Below are positions 1-13,315 of a DNA stretch of 64,000 nt, piece by piece; within the stretch, counting starts at the first letter, position 1; each line of letters opens with the position of its first letter. Under the pieces are notes generated by a model that did no database searches, was not told the DNA's origin, and was given only the letters and a program-made list of their open reading frames with translations. The stretch is from positions 10,994,463 to 11,058,462 of the forward strand of contig OZ037770.1 in the NCBI GenBank assembly GCA_964035545.1, read 5' to 3'. Source of the stretch: Bugula neritina. Its lineage: Eukaryota; Animalia; Bryozoa. Both the position numbers and the translations under genes were made by a program.

Positions 1-350
1 TTTCTTTCCTATATTGAAGAAAAAACAGCCATTTAGTTTAGACTTAGCAAAGGCTAGTAACTGTAAGATATGTAGTATTAGTCAAGTAGCTAACCTGTTA
101 CACAGGAAACTTAATAAATAAAATGTTCTGCCTCAGCAAAAGAAGTTTAAGATTTTTACAACCGTGGCTCATTAAATGCTTGAATATTTTTATGTATAAA
201 CACCTAAAGTAAGTTTGTGATTTGAAATTAATGGCAAAAGGTTAGACTCAACTTATTTACTATTGCCTTTCTCGGCCTGGGCCCAACCAGGCTAAGCAAC
301 TTAATTGACTACTAAAAGTTTATGGAGAACTCGAACAGCTGACGTGTAAA

Positions 351-2744
351 ACCATGTAAAAGTCAGCCGATCAGCATTGTGTACCAGGTCAACACCCCAC
401 TATTATAGTTTATATAAAATTCTGCAAGTTCAGTTGCAAAATGCATGCTTCTAGAAAGCAGTTGTGCAACTTTTTTCAAGTGCATTACTTTATTTCATAT
501 CTTAAATTTATGATCTTTGATGTATTTTTCAAAACAATTAAATTGAGTGTGTATAAAATGCAATTAAAAATTGTATGTCTACAAAAATGACCTGGTACAC
601 TTTTGCAGCTGAAGGCCAGTTGTTACATAACTCTTAGCTTTATTTGTTCTCTATTATACTAGTATGAACTCTTGTTCTCCAATATGCCAGCTGGTAATGA
701 GCCACCAGATTTTGGTACAGAACTCTGATTAGCCGGGTTTTTGAATGGTTTTCTAATACATACATCTGATTGCCTGAATAGTGCACACTCCATCTACATT
801 TACATGGTGCAAGCTACAGGGTAGTATTATACCAACTTTCTGTTTACTAATCTTTTGTTCACAATAGTAAATAGGCTATTCAGCAAAGATTTTATGGCAT
901 GTAAGCCATGGGAACCATCAACCCTCTCTGCTGTATATATTTTAGCTTGTAATAGCAAGTCTACATCATAGTGTTACTACCAATATTCTCATATAAACTT
1001 ATTCAATTTTCTTCAGATAATAAAATCCCTCCTTCACTCATAGAAAATAACAAGCAATCATTCAATGATTTAGCTTTGGTAAACTATCATGTACAGTTTT
1101 TAAATGCATTTCTTTTAGACTACCCTATTCTTCAGCTTACCAATACCATAGCTTAAAAAATGTGTATTGCAGCTTATGCTAAGCCTGAGTTGGCCGTTTC
1201 TGAACCTAAAATACTGTTTGTCTCTTATATTTGGACAATAGGTTGAACTAGTCATATTATATTTACTTGCAGGATTTAAAATGCAAGTTTAGCAACAACA
1301 TAGGTTTTTCTTTCAATGAATTATAAACACATAAATTATTGGTGTAGAGAAATTGCAATTTATGCTGCTTATGATAACATAATGTTTTTACACGATCTAA
1401 TCTCATAGCTTTAAAATATCGTAAGAAATTTTTCTATGAAAGTACTGGATTTCATCAGTTATAGAGAAAGTACTAGACTTCATCAGTTATAGAGGGTGGC
1501 TGCAGATTGCAGAGATCCCAGCAGACAATAGGACTTTCAAGAAATGCTAGCTGAAGGCTTTACCCAATACTTTACCATTCAAACAGAATGTAATGGGTGT
1601 CAACATGCATTACATAATGTTGTGACTATGCATAGTAATCTGGCTGTATGAGACAAGGCTTTGTTCATGAATTTAAGCAAATACTTCTGACAAACAACTA
1701 TTGCTTTACTTAGTAGCTGGTTTAAACCCATGCAGCTATAACAACAATAATTTTAATGAATGTTGTGTTTAAGCAATGGGTATAAATCATTCTTACTTTA
1801 AACACTGAAGTATTATCGGGCAATGACTAGTAATGAGGTGGTCAATTTTGATAGACTTTAAAGACAAGTATAAATGAAGCTAATTTACTCCTAAAAAAAA
1901 TTGCAACCAAAAAAGTTTATTCTTTACTGAGTATAGGATTGTCGCATGTTAAATTATAACCTTAACTAAATAAGTCAAGACAGCAAGTGAACTACTTTAG
2001 GTGATAGATGAATACTCTATATAAAACATCTTTTCTAAATATGTAAACTGCTAAACCCTACAGATAAATAATAAATACATGTGGTTTAACTACTAATGTT
2101 TATTGAAACAATTTCAAAGTTTAGTAGAAAGAACTATAATGGGACAGATGCATAAGCAATATTAGCAGCAGTGATGGTTGATTAAACCTCTTTAGTAGTT
2201 CCCATGGCTTACACGCCATAAAATCCTTGCTAAATAGCCTATTTACTATTATGAACAAAAGATTGATAAACAGAAAGATGGTATAATACTACCCTGTAGC
2301 TTGCACCATGTAAAGGTAGACGGAGTGTACACTATTCAGGCAATCAGATGTATGTATTAGAAAACCATTCAAAAACCCAGCTAATCAGAGTTCTGTACCA
2401 AAAGCTGGCATATTGGAGAACAAGAGTTCATACTAGTATAATAGAGAACAAATAAAGCTAAGAGTTATGTAACAACTGGCCTTCAGCTGCAAAAGTGTAC
2501 CAGGTCATTTTTTTGGACATACAATTTTTAATTGCATTTTATACACACTTACTTTAGATGTTTTGAAAATACATCAGAGTGTCATAAATTTAAGATATGA
2601 AATAAAGTAATGCACTTAAAAAAAGTTGCACAACTGCTTTCTAGAAGAATGCATTTTGCAACTGAACTTGCAGAATTTTATATAAACTATATTAGTGGGG
2701 TGTTGACCTGGTACACTTTGCTGATCGGCTGACTTTTACATGGT
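351..2744. mobile_element. Non-autonomous foldback/MULE-like DNA element with ~560-590 bp terminal inverted repeats
   Basis: 351-~935 (accatgtaaaagtcagccgatcagca...taagccatgggaac) is the near-exact reverse complement of ~2160-2744 (gttcccatggcttac...tgctgatcggctgacttttacatggt). No transposase ORF inside and no clear TSD. Confidence 0.8.
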
Positions 2745-5700
2745 CTAAGTAATTTTAGAGGTAATGGCTTTCATTATAGAGCTAATAACAGGCTCCAACC
2801 TTATAGAGATACACAAAGGGCTACATAAGGACAACAACAACTACAATAAGTATAACATAGGACATGAAGTTTGAAGCAATTTTGCTGGCAATTCCCCAAA
2901 GAATTAATATTATACCTAACTAATGTAAACTTTAAACACATTTTTTTCAACTTGCTGAAACTTCATACCAGCAAGAAATCTGTTTAACGAAGATAAATTG
3001 CATTTTGTAAAACTGTTTGATGTTGCTGTGCAGCTCTGGCTGAATTATAATGAAACATAGAGCAAGCCATTTATTTTGCAAAACTAATCATAAAGTACAG
3101 AATAAATCATGAAAAGTTGTATAATTTTGTATTTTATATCAAAAAAAGTTTTCTTTAGTTAAATTAACATTTCAGTTGTGGAAAGAACAACTGTTATATT
3201 GTTTCTAATAGTTTCACTTGAAGCTTTCCTGCAGTGTAGCAGTGTTTGTTCTATCTATTCAGTCAGTTACCTAATTATTTATTAGTTTGTAGGCTGTTCT
3301 ATTTACTCTAGGCCCTAGGCTTTAAGAATGAAGAACTAGCACTATTTAGCACCATCTAGCAATTGTAACCTATTGATAGTCCAGGGTGCTTTACTTGCCA
3401 TACTCTGGCTTGCAGATCGAAGGATTCAAATTGCTTTTTATGACTAGATACCTGTTACATTTTGCTCTTACAAGATAAATCAATTTTAAAATATTCTCAA
3501 AGTAAAAACATGTTTAATGGTAGCACCATACATTGTTGTTCAGTTTGTATCTCTACCTCAATATTTTGCATTATTTTGTTCTATCAATTTGTGAAAAGAG
3601 CTACTGAAAGAGCTGTTGATGAAACTTAAAACAAATTGAAACATTTACCCCATACTCAACTTGCTGGATTGCTCTCTATCATGGTAGGCTATCAACAAAG
3701 CAAGCCAAAATTGCTTATTCTGAAGTTTAGCTTTTGTGAAAATTGGCAAGCTTTAGTTAATAACCTGTAATTATATAGCCAAGTTGTTTAATTAAGATTT
3801 AAAGTAGCATTGTGTTACACACAATAGTTTCGGAAAATAATTGAAAGAAAAATTTAATAATATATTACTATAAAGTACCAGGAAAGTCTTGCTGATGTTC
3901 ATAAAGCATGCATTAAACATTCTGTATTTCAATGGAAGATGACTTACACATTGTAGAAGGAAAGTTGTCTACTTGTCTTAGTTTACAAGGCTATGTCGTA
4001 ATGCTAGTAGTAGACTGATACCCAAACAAAAAAAAAAGGAAAAAATCTGGTGCTTGTCATAAATATTATGTTAGATTTGTCTCTCTAGCATTAGGACAAA
4101 AAGAGAGATGAACCAGTTGCATATATAGTGCGATTGTGCATAAACTGCTATCCTAGCTTACAAATTGTTGAGTGCCAATATTTGAATTGTCAATATATTT
4201 ATGCCAGGTAAGGCCAGTAAGAAAATGTAGTTTACCAGTACAAGATTAAATAAAAAGTACGTAAAAGCAGTAACAGAGACGAGTTCTGAAACGTCTGCTC
4301 ATGCAAACAAAATGCCCAATTGCTAAGAGTTGGGAGCAGTTTTGAAGAAGCTTGTATATTATACCACTAATTGTTAACATTAAATCTATAAAAGTTACTG
4401 CTAAAGATTGAAAAAAAAATCAAGGCACATTCAGAAGCTTGCTAATATATTTTTTTTGAAGCTATTGCAATTAAAGAGTAATTTGTAGTGTAACTGCTGC
4501 ATTTCTAGCCAACAAAAAGTTTCAATAGCTTATAAAAGGCTAGACAACATGGTTTTCAAATTTTGTTTTAGTACACATAGCTTCAGGTTTTTTAAGAAGC
4601 ACTATTTTATATATTAGCAACTGTGAAAGATATAGTTAGGGGTTGCTCTTATTTGTGCTCCGTAAAGCATTTAAAAAAAGAACTCAGATATGGGTTTGAG
4701 AAGAAAGAGCATATAATTAGTAGCCTTACATTCAGCTTTAACTCAATATATTTTACTGAAGCATTGAGTTAATCGCTATAGACTTTAGAGCATATGAAAG
4801 TGTACTAGCCGACTGTTTTGTGTGCACTATAGCAAAGAATCACAGTTCAAAGTACATTTTCAGATATAAATGATTGTGAAAAATATATTCTAATTGGTTT
4901 AATCTTATCATATATTACAAGTCTCTTTGTTATGTAAATTCAAATAGAATACTATAATTATTTTGAAATAAATATTAAAAAATTATCAGCCTATTGTGCA
5001 TTAGTACTTCAAATAATATTAGCAATGACAAAAATATTAGTAGGACATTTTGTTCTCATATGATGCATCATGAAGATGAAGTGCAGAAAATGTGCTAATA
5101 TTCTTAAGATTAGTTTAAAGCAATGGTGTTCTGCGTGTTCTTTAATGATTGATTACAAACAGTGCTCTCAAATTGCTATCTATATAACTGTTCAAAGAAT
5201 CACCAAGGCAGACTTTTAAGAAATCTGCAAAATACTGTACCTATACGGTTGATTTAATGAAAGGAATAGCTATAGTAAAACTTCAAAAATAAGCCTTTGA
5301 AGCAAATCGTTTAGCATCTGGTAAATAGAAGTGCATACTTGGCCGTTTTTTTTAGTATAATACCTATATAGTGGTGCTATCTATCCAATTGTTTTTTATT
5401 AAAAGACTTTAGAACATATAGCTAGTTTAGAAATTAGTTTTATCTTGCTTATTTGTCCGAATTATAGTAGGTATATGCATGGTAGCTAAATGAACTTAAC
5501 ACACATATTTTTTAATACGCAGGAAAATACTATAGATATTAGATATTAGAGTATAAACTGGCTGCAATCAAATTGAGTAATTTTTAAAATAAAATATACA
5601 TTATACGTTTCATTCATTCTTTAAGTATACAATATAGGCTTATAATAATTTGAGGCAACTTTTAATTAATTAATTATATCTGTATTTTGTCAACTAACTG

Positions 5701-6350
5701 CTATTCTATTTTTGCTATTACAATATTTTACTTCACTTGCTTATTGAATGACGTGCAATTTCTTTTTCAAAGTACTTGTTTTTACAGTTTAAAACTATAT
5801 ACACTTGGTTCAATTTAATTGAACTTTTCCTGTTATATAAAAAAATATATATATACAACTTTCATTACCTAAACAAAATATAAGAATAAGCAAAACATCA
5901 ACAAATGTAATGAGGATGATACAGGGTGCACTTCGAATTATTAGACATGAAAATCCTTATTCGATTTTAAAAAGGAAATACATAACATAGGAAATTGAAG
6001 TGTAATTTTTTTTATTTTGAACGCATGGCTATATCAGTTCCTTACAGAGAGTAATGGCATAGTGTGAATAGAAGTTGAAAAATAATTTTTTTTTAACTGA
6101 AATTGTTGGATAATTAATTATAGCAGACAAAGTAGAACAAAACCAATTGAGTTTCTATACTTTGCATAGTACAAATGTAATATAGCTTTTATTACTCAAA
6201 AAGTAAAAATGAGAAGACAATTTCAAAGTAAAAATAATATGATATATTCTGATAACAGAGGGGGCTCTGTTTATAGGCCCCCTATGGTATCGAAATATAC
6301 CAAATGCATATAAGCCCCCTATGAGCAGCCCCCTATGAAACCACATTTAA

Positions 6351-6352
<2 letters not shown>

Positions 6353-6441
<89 letters not shown>
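6353..6441. repeat. (TA)n microsatellite
   Basis: Direct reading. Confidence 0.97.
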
Positions 6442-6445
<4 letters not shown>

Positions 6446-8164
6446 CATCAATTACTTGTAACTTCTTGCAGCTTTCGTCTGGCATTTGTTCAAGCTTTGT
6501 TCCTACACAACATATTGAAGCTTTTCTTGAATTTCAGAAGCATATAAGTTTATAGAAACAAATTGAATACTAGATAAATCTCTGGTATTTTCCTGGGTAA
6601 GAAGGTTTCATGCTACATTTGAGAAACTATGTTCAAATTCATGTGAACTTAAAGACCTTCTTTTCAATTTGTCTTCAGGATTTAAAAAAAATTGTTTTTT
6701 TTTGTTTGAAATTGAATTTAGTGCATTTCTATCTATGCAATATGAATACAAGAGCTGTAACATAATAAAAGACTTTCTCAGACAACAGCATACTCAGAAC
6801 TCATGTCATTAGCAGATCTACCTGTGAAATATGAGATGTTATATTACTCGATGTTCATCAAGAAGGAAGTTGGAAAGCAATTGAAAATAATTGTTAAGTA
6901 CAAAATATAATTTATGTAACTCCAGATATCTAAGGAACTTTAAAAGTTCGTTTACGCCAACTCGATTGTATATTGGACAAAAAAGACTATTCCACACGCA
7001 GCAGAAAAACCCGCATTACTTGGGCAAGAGCTGTTGTCATTCAAACATGAGTCAACTAATCTATAACTAATTACAAGTTGTAGCAAATCGGATTGATAAA
7101 ACATGATTGCTAAGTGCAGAGGGCTTCATACAAGCCTTTATGATAGTGTCTAGCATTCGATGAGAATATATAAGATATTAATGTATACATGTAGTAGCAA
7201 CTATAATATAATACGGCTGTATTGTTTAAGAGAAAGTATGTGTGTGCTGTACTGCTGTAAACAGCTATTTCTGTAAATATCACCACACCTAATCATAATA
7301 GAAAATTGGAGATCATAATATCAACATCTAACTATAATAAATATTGTTGCTAAAATGCTTCAAGCCTCCAATGTATTTTAATTGTGTTTTTTCTTTGAAT
7401 AAACTCTAAAAACCTTTTCAACTTTTACATGATTACACAGCAATTCTAATCATATGCTCATCATAGGTATAAAAAAGATCATCATATTAAAAACTATGAG
7501 GTTATATAGGTTTTAAATTGCAGTTTACGGAATAAAAAGATATATCAAGTTCAGTACAATTTACGGTTCAGCTTTTAATTTTTCTTCTAATGTTTCCCTT
7601 CTACATTTTGTTCTTAGATATGTGAATTAAATTCAATTTGAGTACCCATTACTTGATTGCTGTACTGTGAGATTGCTTCATGCTCCATTTGAATATTTGT
7701 AAACTCAATAGGCCTACATTGTTGTCAGTTTTAACTCCAGGGCTACAGGGAAGTTTTTGCAGGTTTAAAACCCAATTCAGTACATTATTTTCATGAATTC
7801 ATTTTTGAATACAAGTGCTGTCATGTAATATAAGACGTTCTTATACATTATAGCATACCAAGAATGCATTGATTATTATACCAGAGCTACCTGTGAAATA
7901 TAATATGGTGCTTAACTTTCTGTTCTTCAAGAAGGAAGTTGAAAAGCAGTTGAGAATAATTGTTAAGTACAAAATATAAGTTATGTAACTCTAAAAAAAA
8001 ATATATATATAACTCTAAAAGCACGCTACCATCCACGTGACTGCATGCTGAACAAGTCTAACTAGCTACATTTTGTAGCAAATCAGCTAAGGCAAAACAT
8101 GATTACTATAACTGCAAAAGTTTGTAAAGTAGCTTTTATAATATTGTCTTTTTTTATTGTTGTG

Positions 8165-8640
8165 AGCAAACAGCAGTTGCCCGGACAGATTCAGGTTTGA
8201 CTTCAAACTTCAACATCAAGAAAGGAGTCGGACAAGTGTGTGTACTTTCATTTAGTTTGTTCAATATGTATACATGCAGTGAAACTATTAAAAAGGTAGC
8301 ACATATGTCTAGTGCCAATTTAATATAAAGAGGAAAGAATATCAGTTATGCTGATGAAACAGCTTTAATGTGTTTATTTTGAATTAACATGCAGAATCTG
8401 CTAAATGCAGTAAACGAAGCAGCAAGACCTTATGGTATAGAAATGAACATTTTTATAACGAAACCAAAATATAGTTGAAAGTAATTTTGTCCCAAAACCT
8501 GAAATTGGCACATAACTCTGAACGCTACACCAGTACAACAAACAACAAAAATGGTATATCTTGGGAGCATTCTTAACTGATGATGGTAGATGTGAACAAG
8601 AAATCAACAGACAGGGTAATATAAGAGAACCGACCAAAAT
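8165..8640 (+). mobile_element. Degenerate LINE (RTE-like) reverse-transcriptase fragment
   Basis: Broken frames give KGVGQVCVLSFSLFNMY, YADETAL, LLNAVNEAARPYGIEMN, MVYLGS, DGRCEQEINR, matching non-LTR RT motifs (GVRQGC.LSP.LFN.Y, YADD, YLG). Confidence 0.75.
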
Positions 8641-8984
8641 GAACTGCAGAGAATGTGTATGAATGACAGAAAATAGATCTATGCAAATTGAGATTTATGA
8701 CATTCAACGTGCTTGCAAGTATAATAATTATTGTTGCTGGAACATTCTAAACTGACAATTTATTTGGTAGAGAATTGGTTTTCTAATGACTGTCAACCTT
8801 TGAATAATTTATAAAATCACTTGACCAATTTTTACTAGAATGAGCAGTTTTAGGTGTATGCGTTATATGGCCAAAAAGAAAAAAAGAATATTTTAAACTT
8901 TGTCCAGCAGTTGTTCAAGCTTTGCTTCTATACAATACACAAAAAAAACAGCTCACTACTGCAAGTTTTACAGTTACCATGTCA

Positions 8985-9163
8985 TTTTGAGAAACTCCTG
9001 ATAGAAAGGTTTTCGTTAAATTGAACTAAATGCTTATTCAATGAGGCACAGGAGCAATTATGACCAGATGCTCTTCCTATAACATCATCAATGGCTTTTC
9101 CTGAAGATCGAACTCATGGCTATAGAGGCTTACTAAGCTAACTCTCTTACCCCTAGACCACGA
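8985..9163 (-). mobile_element. tRNA-derived SINE copy
   Basis: Reverse-complement homolog of 59890-60095 (cccctagaccacg = A-box end; gaggcacaggagcaatta..gatgctctt core). Confidence 0.75.
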
Positions 9164-10684
9164 CTGTTTCATTACACAATGTATAAAAGTTTTTCCTTAG
9201 GTATTTTTGAAAGCATGAATCTATAGAAAAAAATTCAATACCAATTAATATCAAGTAACTCACTGTGCGAGAAGGTTTCATGCTACATTTGAGAAATTAT
9301 GTTAAACTCCATGTGAATTCTATAAGTTTTATTTTCAATTTATTTTCAGGCATCCAAAAAATTGTTCTGTCTGTTTGAAATTACATTTAAAACATTTTAA
9401 TGAATACATGCATCCAAGTAATTGATTGTAATGTAATATATGCAGCATATCAAACATTCATGCTAAATTAGCAGAGCTACCTGTGAAATATGATATGGTA
9501 TTCATCTTTCTGTTCTTGATGAAGGAAGTTGGGGAAAGTGACTGAAAGAAGTTTTAAGTGCAAAATTTAATCCATGCAACTCCGAAAAAAGTTTTGTAAC
9601 GTGCTCTGAAAACACGTTCATCTCGCTTAACTGTTGTGCAAAATATTTTGTGTAACAGCGTAAAATATTCTTACTTTTAAGATAATGCGCTGTTGAAATT
9701 TATAAAACACAAGACAAAATGATTAACTAATTACAAGTAGTCTACCAACAAATTATTTAAAAGAAAATAAAAAAATAGCTGCAGAATCTTACAAAAAAGC
9801 TTATATATTACAGTTTTTGAAGTTAGTGTGTAACAATATAAGAAAATATATATAGAAGAATAACAACTACAATATAGTTCTGATGAGTTGTTTAGTTGAA
9901 AGCATGCTTGCACTATATTACTGTAAACAACTAAACTTGTCTGCACCAAAACTAATTATAGTAGAAACTTAGATTATAAAATAAACATGCAGCTATAGTA
10001 ATTATTGTTGCTGTGCAAAAAACATTTCTAGACAACAATGAATCTGATGGAGGATTGAGTTTTAATGACTTTTCTTTTTTGAATGAATTAGAAAAACACA
10101 ATTATAGCCAATTTTTAGTAGAACCAGCATTTCTAAACATATGTTTTTCTATAGGCATAAGCTCTAGAGCCTATATATCAGATTAACCTGCAGTTTATAA
10201 AATACAAGTTATGAAGAATTAACAACCATGCACTCAGTGCTCAGCTTTTAGTTTTATGGTAAAGTCTCCTTTGTCCCTAGATACGTGAATTGAAACAAAT
10301 TCAAGTGTTAAATTATTATCTGATATTTTTGCTGTGTAAGAACTATACGTGTGAAATATGATATAATATCTAACTATATCTGTTCTTAAATTAAGAAGAA
10401 AGTTGGAGAGTATAACAGTATATTTGAAAATAAAATTATCAAGTGAAATTATAATTTATGTAACTGTAAAAGCATCTCTACACCTAAAATTGTCTTACAA
10501 AAAACATAGTTTAGTATAAGACAACTTCATAAATCTATAAATAATTTAGCAGCCCTTCAAAAACGTTATCAGCGCATATGTTTTGTATACAGTCATTTTA
10601 AAAAGGAACGTTATTTTGTCTACGACAAGCATTTTGAATTACTCAAAGAGTCACTTAGCTGAAAACTTTCGATATTCAATTAAA

Positions 10685-10876
10685 AAAGTCACCATCCCTG
10701 TGAAAAAACTCCTGATATAGAAATAATTTTTTGTTAAATCAGGCTAAGTACTTATTGAGATGAGGCACAGGAGCAATTATGATTAGATGCTCTTCCTAAC
10801 ATTACCAATGGCCTTTGTCGTTTTGAACCCATGACTTCATGTTTACTAAGCAAACACTCTAACCTCTAGACCACGG
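10685..10876 (-). mobile_element. tRNA-derived SINE copy
   Basis: Same core (gaggcacaggagcaattatgattagatgctcttcctaacattaccaatggcctttgtc...ctctagaccacgg). Confidence 0.75.
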
Positions 10877-11302
10877 TTATAAACCAAAAGGTTGTAAGTA
10901 TTTCATAACTTTTTTTTATATTTGGTGTTTCAATGAGACCTTTTGTATAAATGACTGCTTTATTGACTTTTAAAAAGCCTCAAACAACAAGTAGGCTGCA
11001 ATTGCTGAATTTTTATTAATCTTTGGGCCATGCAACTGTAATTTTTGACAAGTTTCAGAATATAACAATTCAAAATGCTTTGTATGGTTCCACTGCAGCT
11101 TAATAGGAAACAATTTTTTTAGATATAAATATAACCTCATCTAGAATGCACTTTGTGCGGAGCAATTTTAGTTTGAAAAAACGTTTTGAAGGTTTTATTC
11201 TGATTGGATGAAAAAAGTTTATAGACCTTTATTTTACAAGTTTTCAAAATTATCACTTTTAGATTATCCAATCATGTAAGAGATGCTATTTACAAAATTT
11301 AG

Positions 11303-11405
11303 TATAAATAAGAGTGTAGCTAAGGCTTTGTATCATTCATTTCGACACTATTATACTCAGAAGTATAATTTGTACAAACCAAGAAGCTTTTGTGACTTTT
11401 AAAAG
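11303..11405 (+). promoter_or_regulatory. Probable core promoter and non-coding first exon of BRICHOS gene 1
   Basis: TATAAATA at 11303-11310, Inr-like TCATTC with the A at 11335 (32 nt downstream), CCAAT-like motifs just upstream, donor AAAAG|GTTAGT at 11405/6. The ATG at 11969 directly follows an acceptor AG, implying an upstream UTR exon. Confidence 0.6.
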
Positions 11406-11968
11406 GTTAGTATCAACTATAGTTTTGCATTAGTGATATTTCTAAAACAAATATTCAAAGATTATTTGCTAAGTAAATAAAATTATTGGTGATCAGAAAT
11501 AAATCAACTTTTTCTGAGAATAATTTTTAAGACAGAGTGCATGTTTTAAAAATTAGCAGTATATATATGCATATATAAATCATGTTTGTTCAATGTAAGA
11601 TAAACAATATATGAAGAGTTATTGTTTCATAATAAATTTTTGAGCAATTTTTTCTCACCTTTCTCTGCTTTTTCCTGATCGGGTGGCAACTTTGGATAGC
11701 AAAAAATCTAATTGAAAAATTTTGTTTCAAGTTTGAAATATTTTCAACAAAATTTTGGAAATAAAAATAGAATTCACCTCAGATTATTAAAACAATGAAA
11801 TATATAAAAATAGAAGGTTGATAAACACTTTTCATCAATTAATATCTAGAATGCAATTTTATTAAAAAGCTTACAGCTGCTGCCAAGTGGAAGGAAGTAC
11901 TTATTTGTAAGTACCATTTGATTTGAAAATTCTAAAGACCATAAAATAATATAAATTTTTGCTACTAG

Positions 11969-12325
11969 ATGAAATACTCCCAGGCTGGTAGAGGTAAATG
12001 GCAGGTGCTCGTTCTGGTGGTAGTTGTCTTCTCGCAAATATGTCATCACAGTTATGGAAAATTCATTGAAGCTGAATTGTCGCAGGTAAGCTAAGTCAAT
12101 AAGTAAGCTTGTCAACAGGTAAACTGTTTGTTAATTATGATAAATACATTTTATAACACACACACAACACAACACAGCACACACACACACACAACACACA
12201 CATACATATATATAGACACACATACATATATATATAGACACACATACATATATATATAGACACACATACATATATATATAGACACACATACATATATATA
12301 TAGACACACATACATATATATATAG

Positions 12326-12356
<31 letters not shown>

Positions 12357-13315
12357 GACACACATACATATATATATATATATATAGACACACATACATA
12401 TATATATAGACACACATCTTTGTTTATTTTAGGGAGGCTCCATCCTTGTAAATGTGCAATATAATGAGGCGAGGAATGTTGCCATTTGTGAATTTGAAGA
12501 TGACACAAAAAGCGTGCAAGATTACGACAAGGTGAAGCAAATAGTATATAGAATATTGGTGTTGCTTTTGATGTCTTTGTTTTTCTAGATCTTTTAAAAA
12601 CATGTCAAAAAAATATCATTTCATGTAGAATGTCCACGTGGCTCAAGATCCCGAGACCGGAGTTTGCTATGTCACTAAACTCCATGAAACAGCTGAAGAA
12701 GGGAATTGGTTGGATGAGTACTTGAATGACGAGAGTTCTGATTACCAAGTTAGGGCACGCAAGTATTCACTCCGCTTTCTGGATGACTTAGAAGAAGGCA
12801 GCAGTCTCATTCCAAGGGAAGCTGAAGAGTTTTGCTTTAACGGGTATAAGAGAGCCGTGCATGACTGTTCAACAAGCACCTCTAACTGGTTAGTCTTTTT
12901 TTCTATTATATATAAATCAACTTAGGATTGCAAACTGCATTCATTCTTATATCATACTGATTTCTATTGACCAAAAATTCAAGTTAAAGTTTGCTTGTGC
13001 AATAAGACTTTCACATAGGCCCATATTACGCCTTTTAGTTTAAAGGAAGGCTTCTTGATCTCTTTAGTAAGTAAGACTGCTGCAGCTGGCAATGTTATAG
13101 TTTATAAGCTCTATAAGCAATGTTCTGGTGATGTATTTTCAGAGCCTCGAACTAGGTTCCGTCGTTTCGGCTTCAGATTCAGATTCAGAGTCGGAACCTT
13201 TGTCAGAAGCGTTGTTGTGCCTGTTGCGACAAAGGCAGCTGTTGCTGCTATTTTGGCTCGCTCAGAAACCACTTCTCCTGATGCGGAGATAATAGCCATT
13301 GAAGTAACTAAGTAA
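11969..13315 (+). CDS. BRICHOS-domain precursor 1 with cationic peptide (putative antimicrobial peptide precursor); exons 11969-12085, 12433-12531, 12629-12888, 13143 (or 13156)-13315
   Basis: MKYSQAGRGKWQVLVLVVVVFSQICHHSYG signal/anchor; ...VQDYDKNVHVAQDPETGVCYVTKL...LIPREAEEFCFNGY (BRICHOS Asp, CY and second Cys); last exon RTRFRR-FGFRFRFRVGTFVRSVVVPVATKAAVAAILAR-SETTSPDAEIIAIEVTK. Last junction has a phase anomaly (see findings). Confidence 0.8.
12157..12416. repeat. Compound (CA)/(TA) micro/minisatellite, ~22-bp unit gacacacatacatatatatata, in an intron of gene 1
   Basis: Direct reading. Confidence 0.95.

Larger units (their letters stand above)
6480..10470. repeat. Diverged non-coding tandem duplication (~6480-8000 vs ~8905-10470) with an internally repeated module
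   Basis: Shared anchors: ttgttcaagcttt (6487/8911) and gaaggtttcatgctacatttgagaaa (6601/9272). The module ctacctgtgaaatat...aagaaggaagtt...aagtacaaaatataa recurs at ~6815, 7885, 9475 and 10345, and again at ~18770. Confidence 0.7.

Noticed and set aside
6335-6547. ORFs of YI/CV/HT dipeptide repeats (also 12131-12508, 18087-18278, 22306-22653, 46222-46580, 54293-54989, 58888-59070)
   Set aside because: Translations of microsatellites, not genes.
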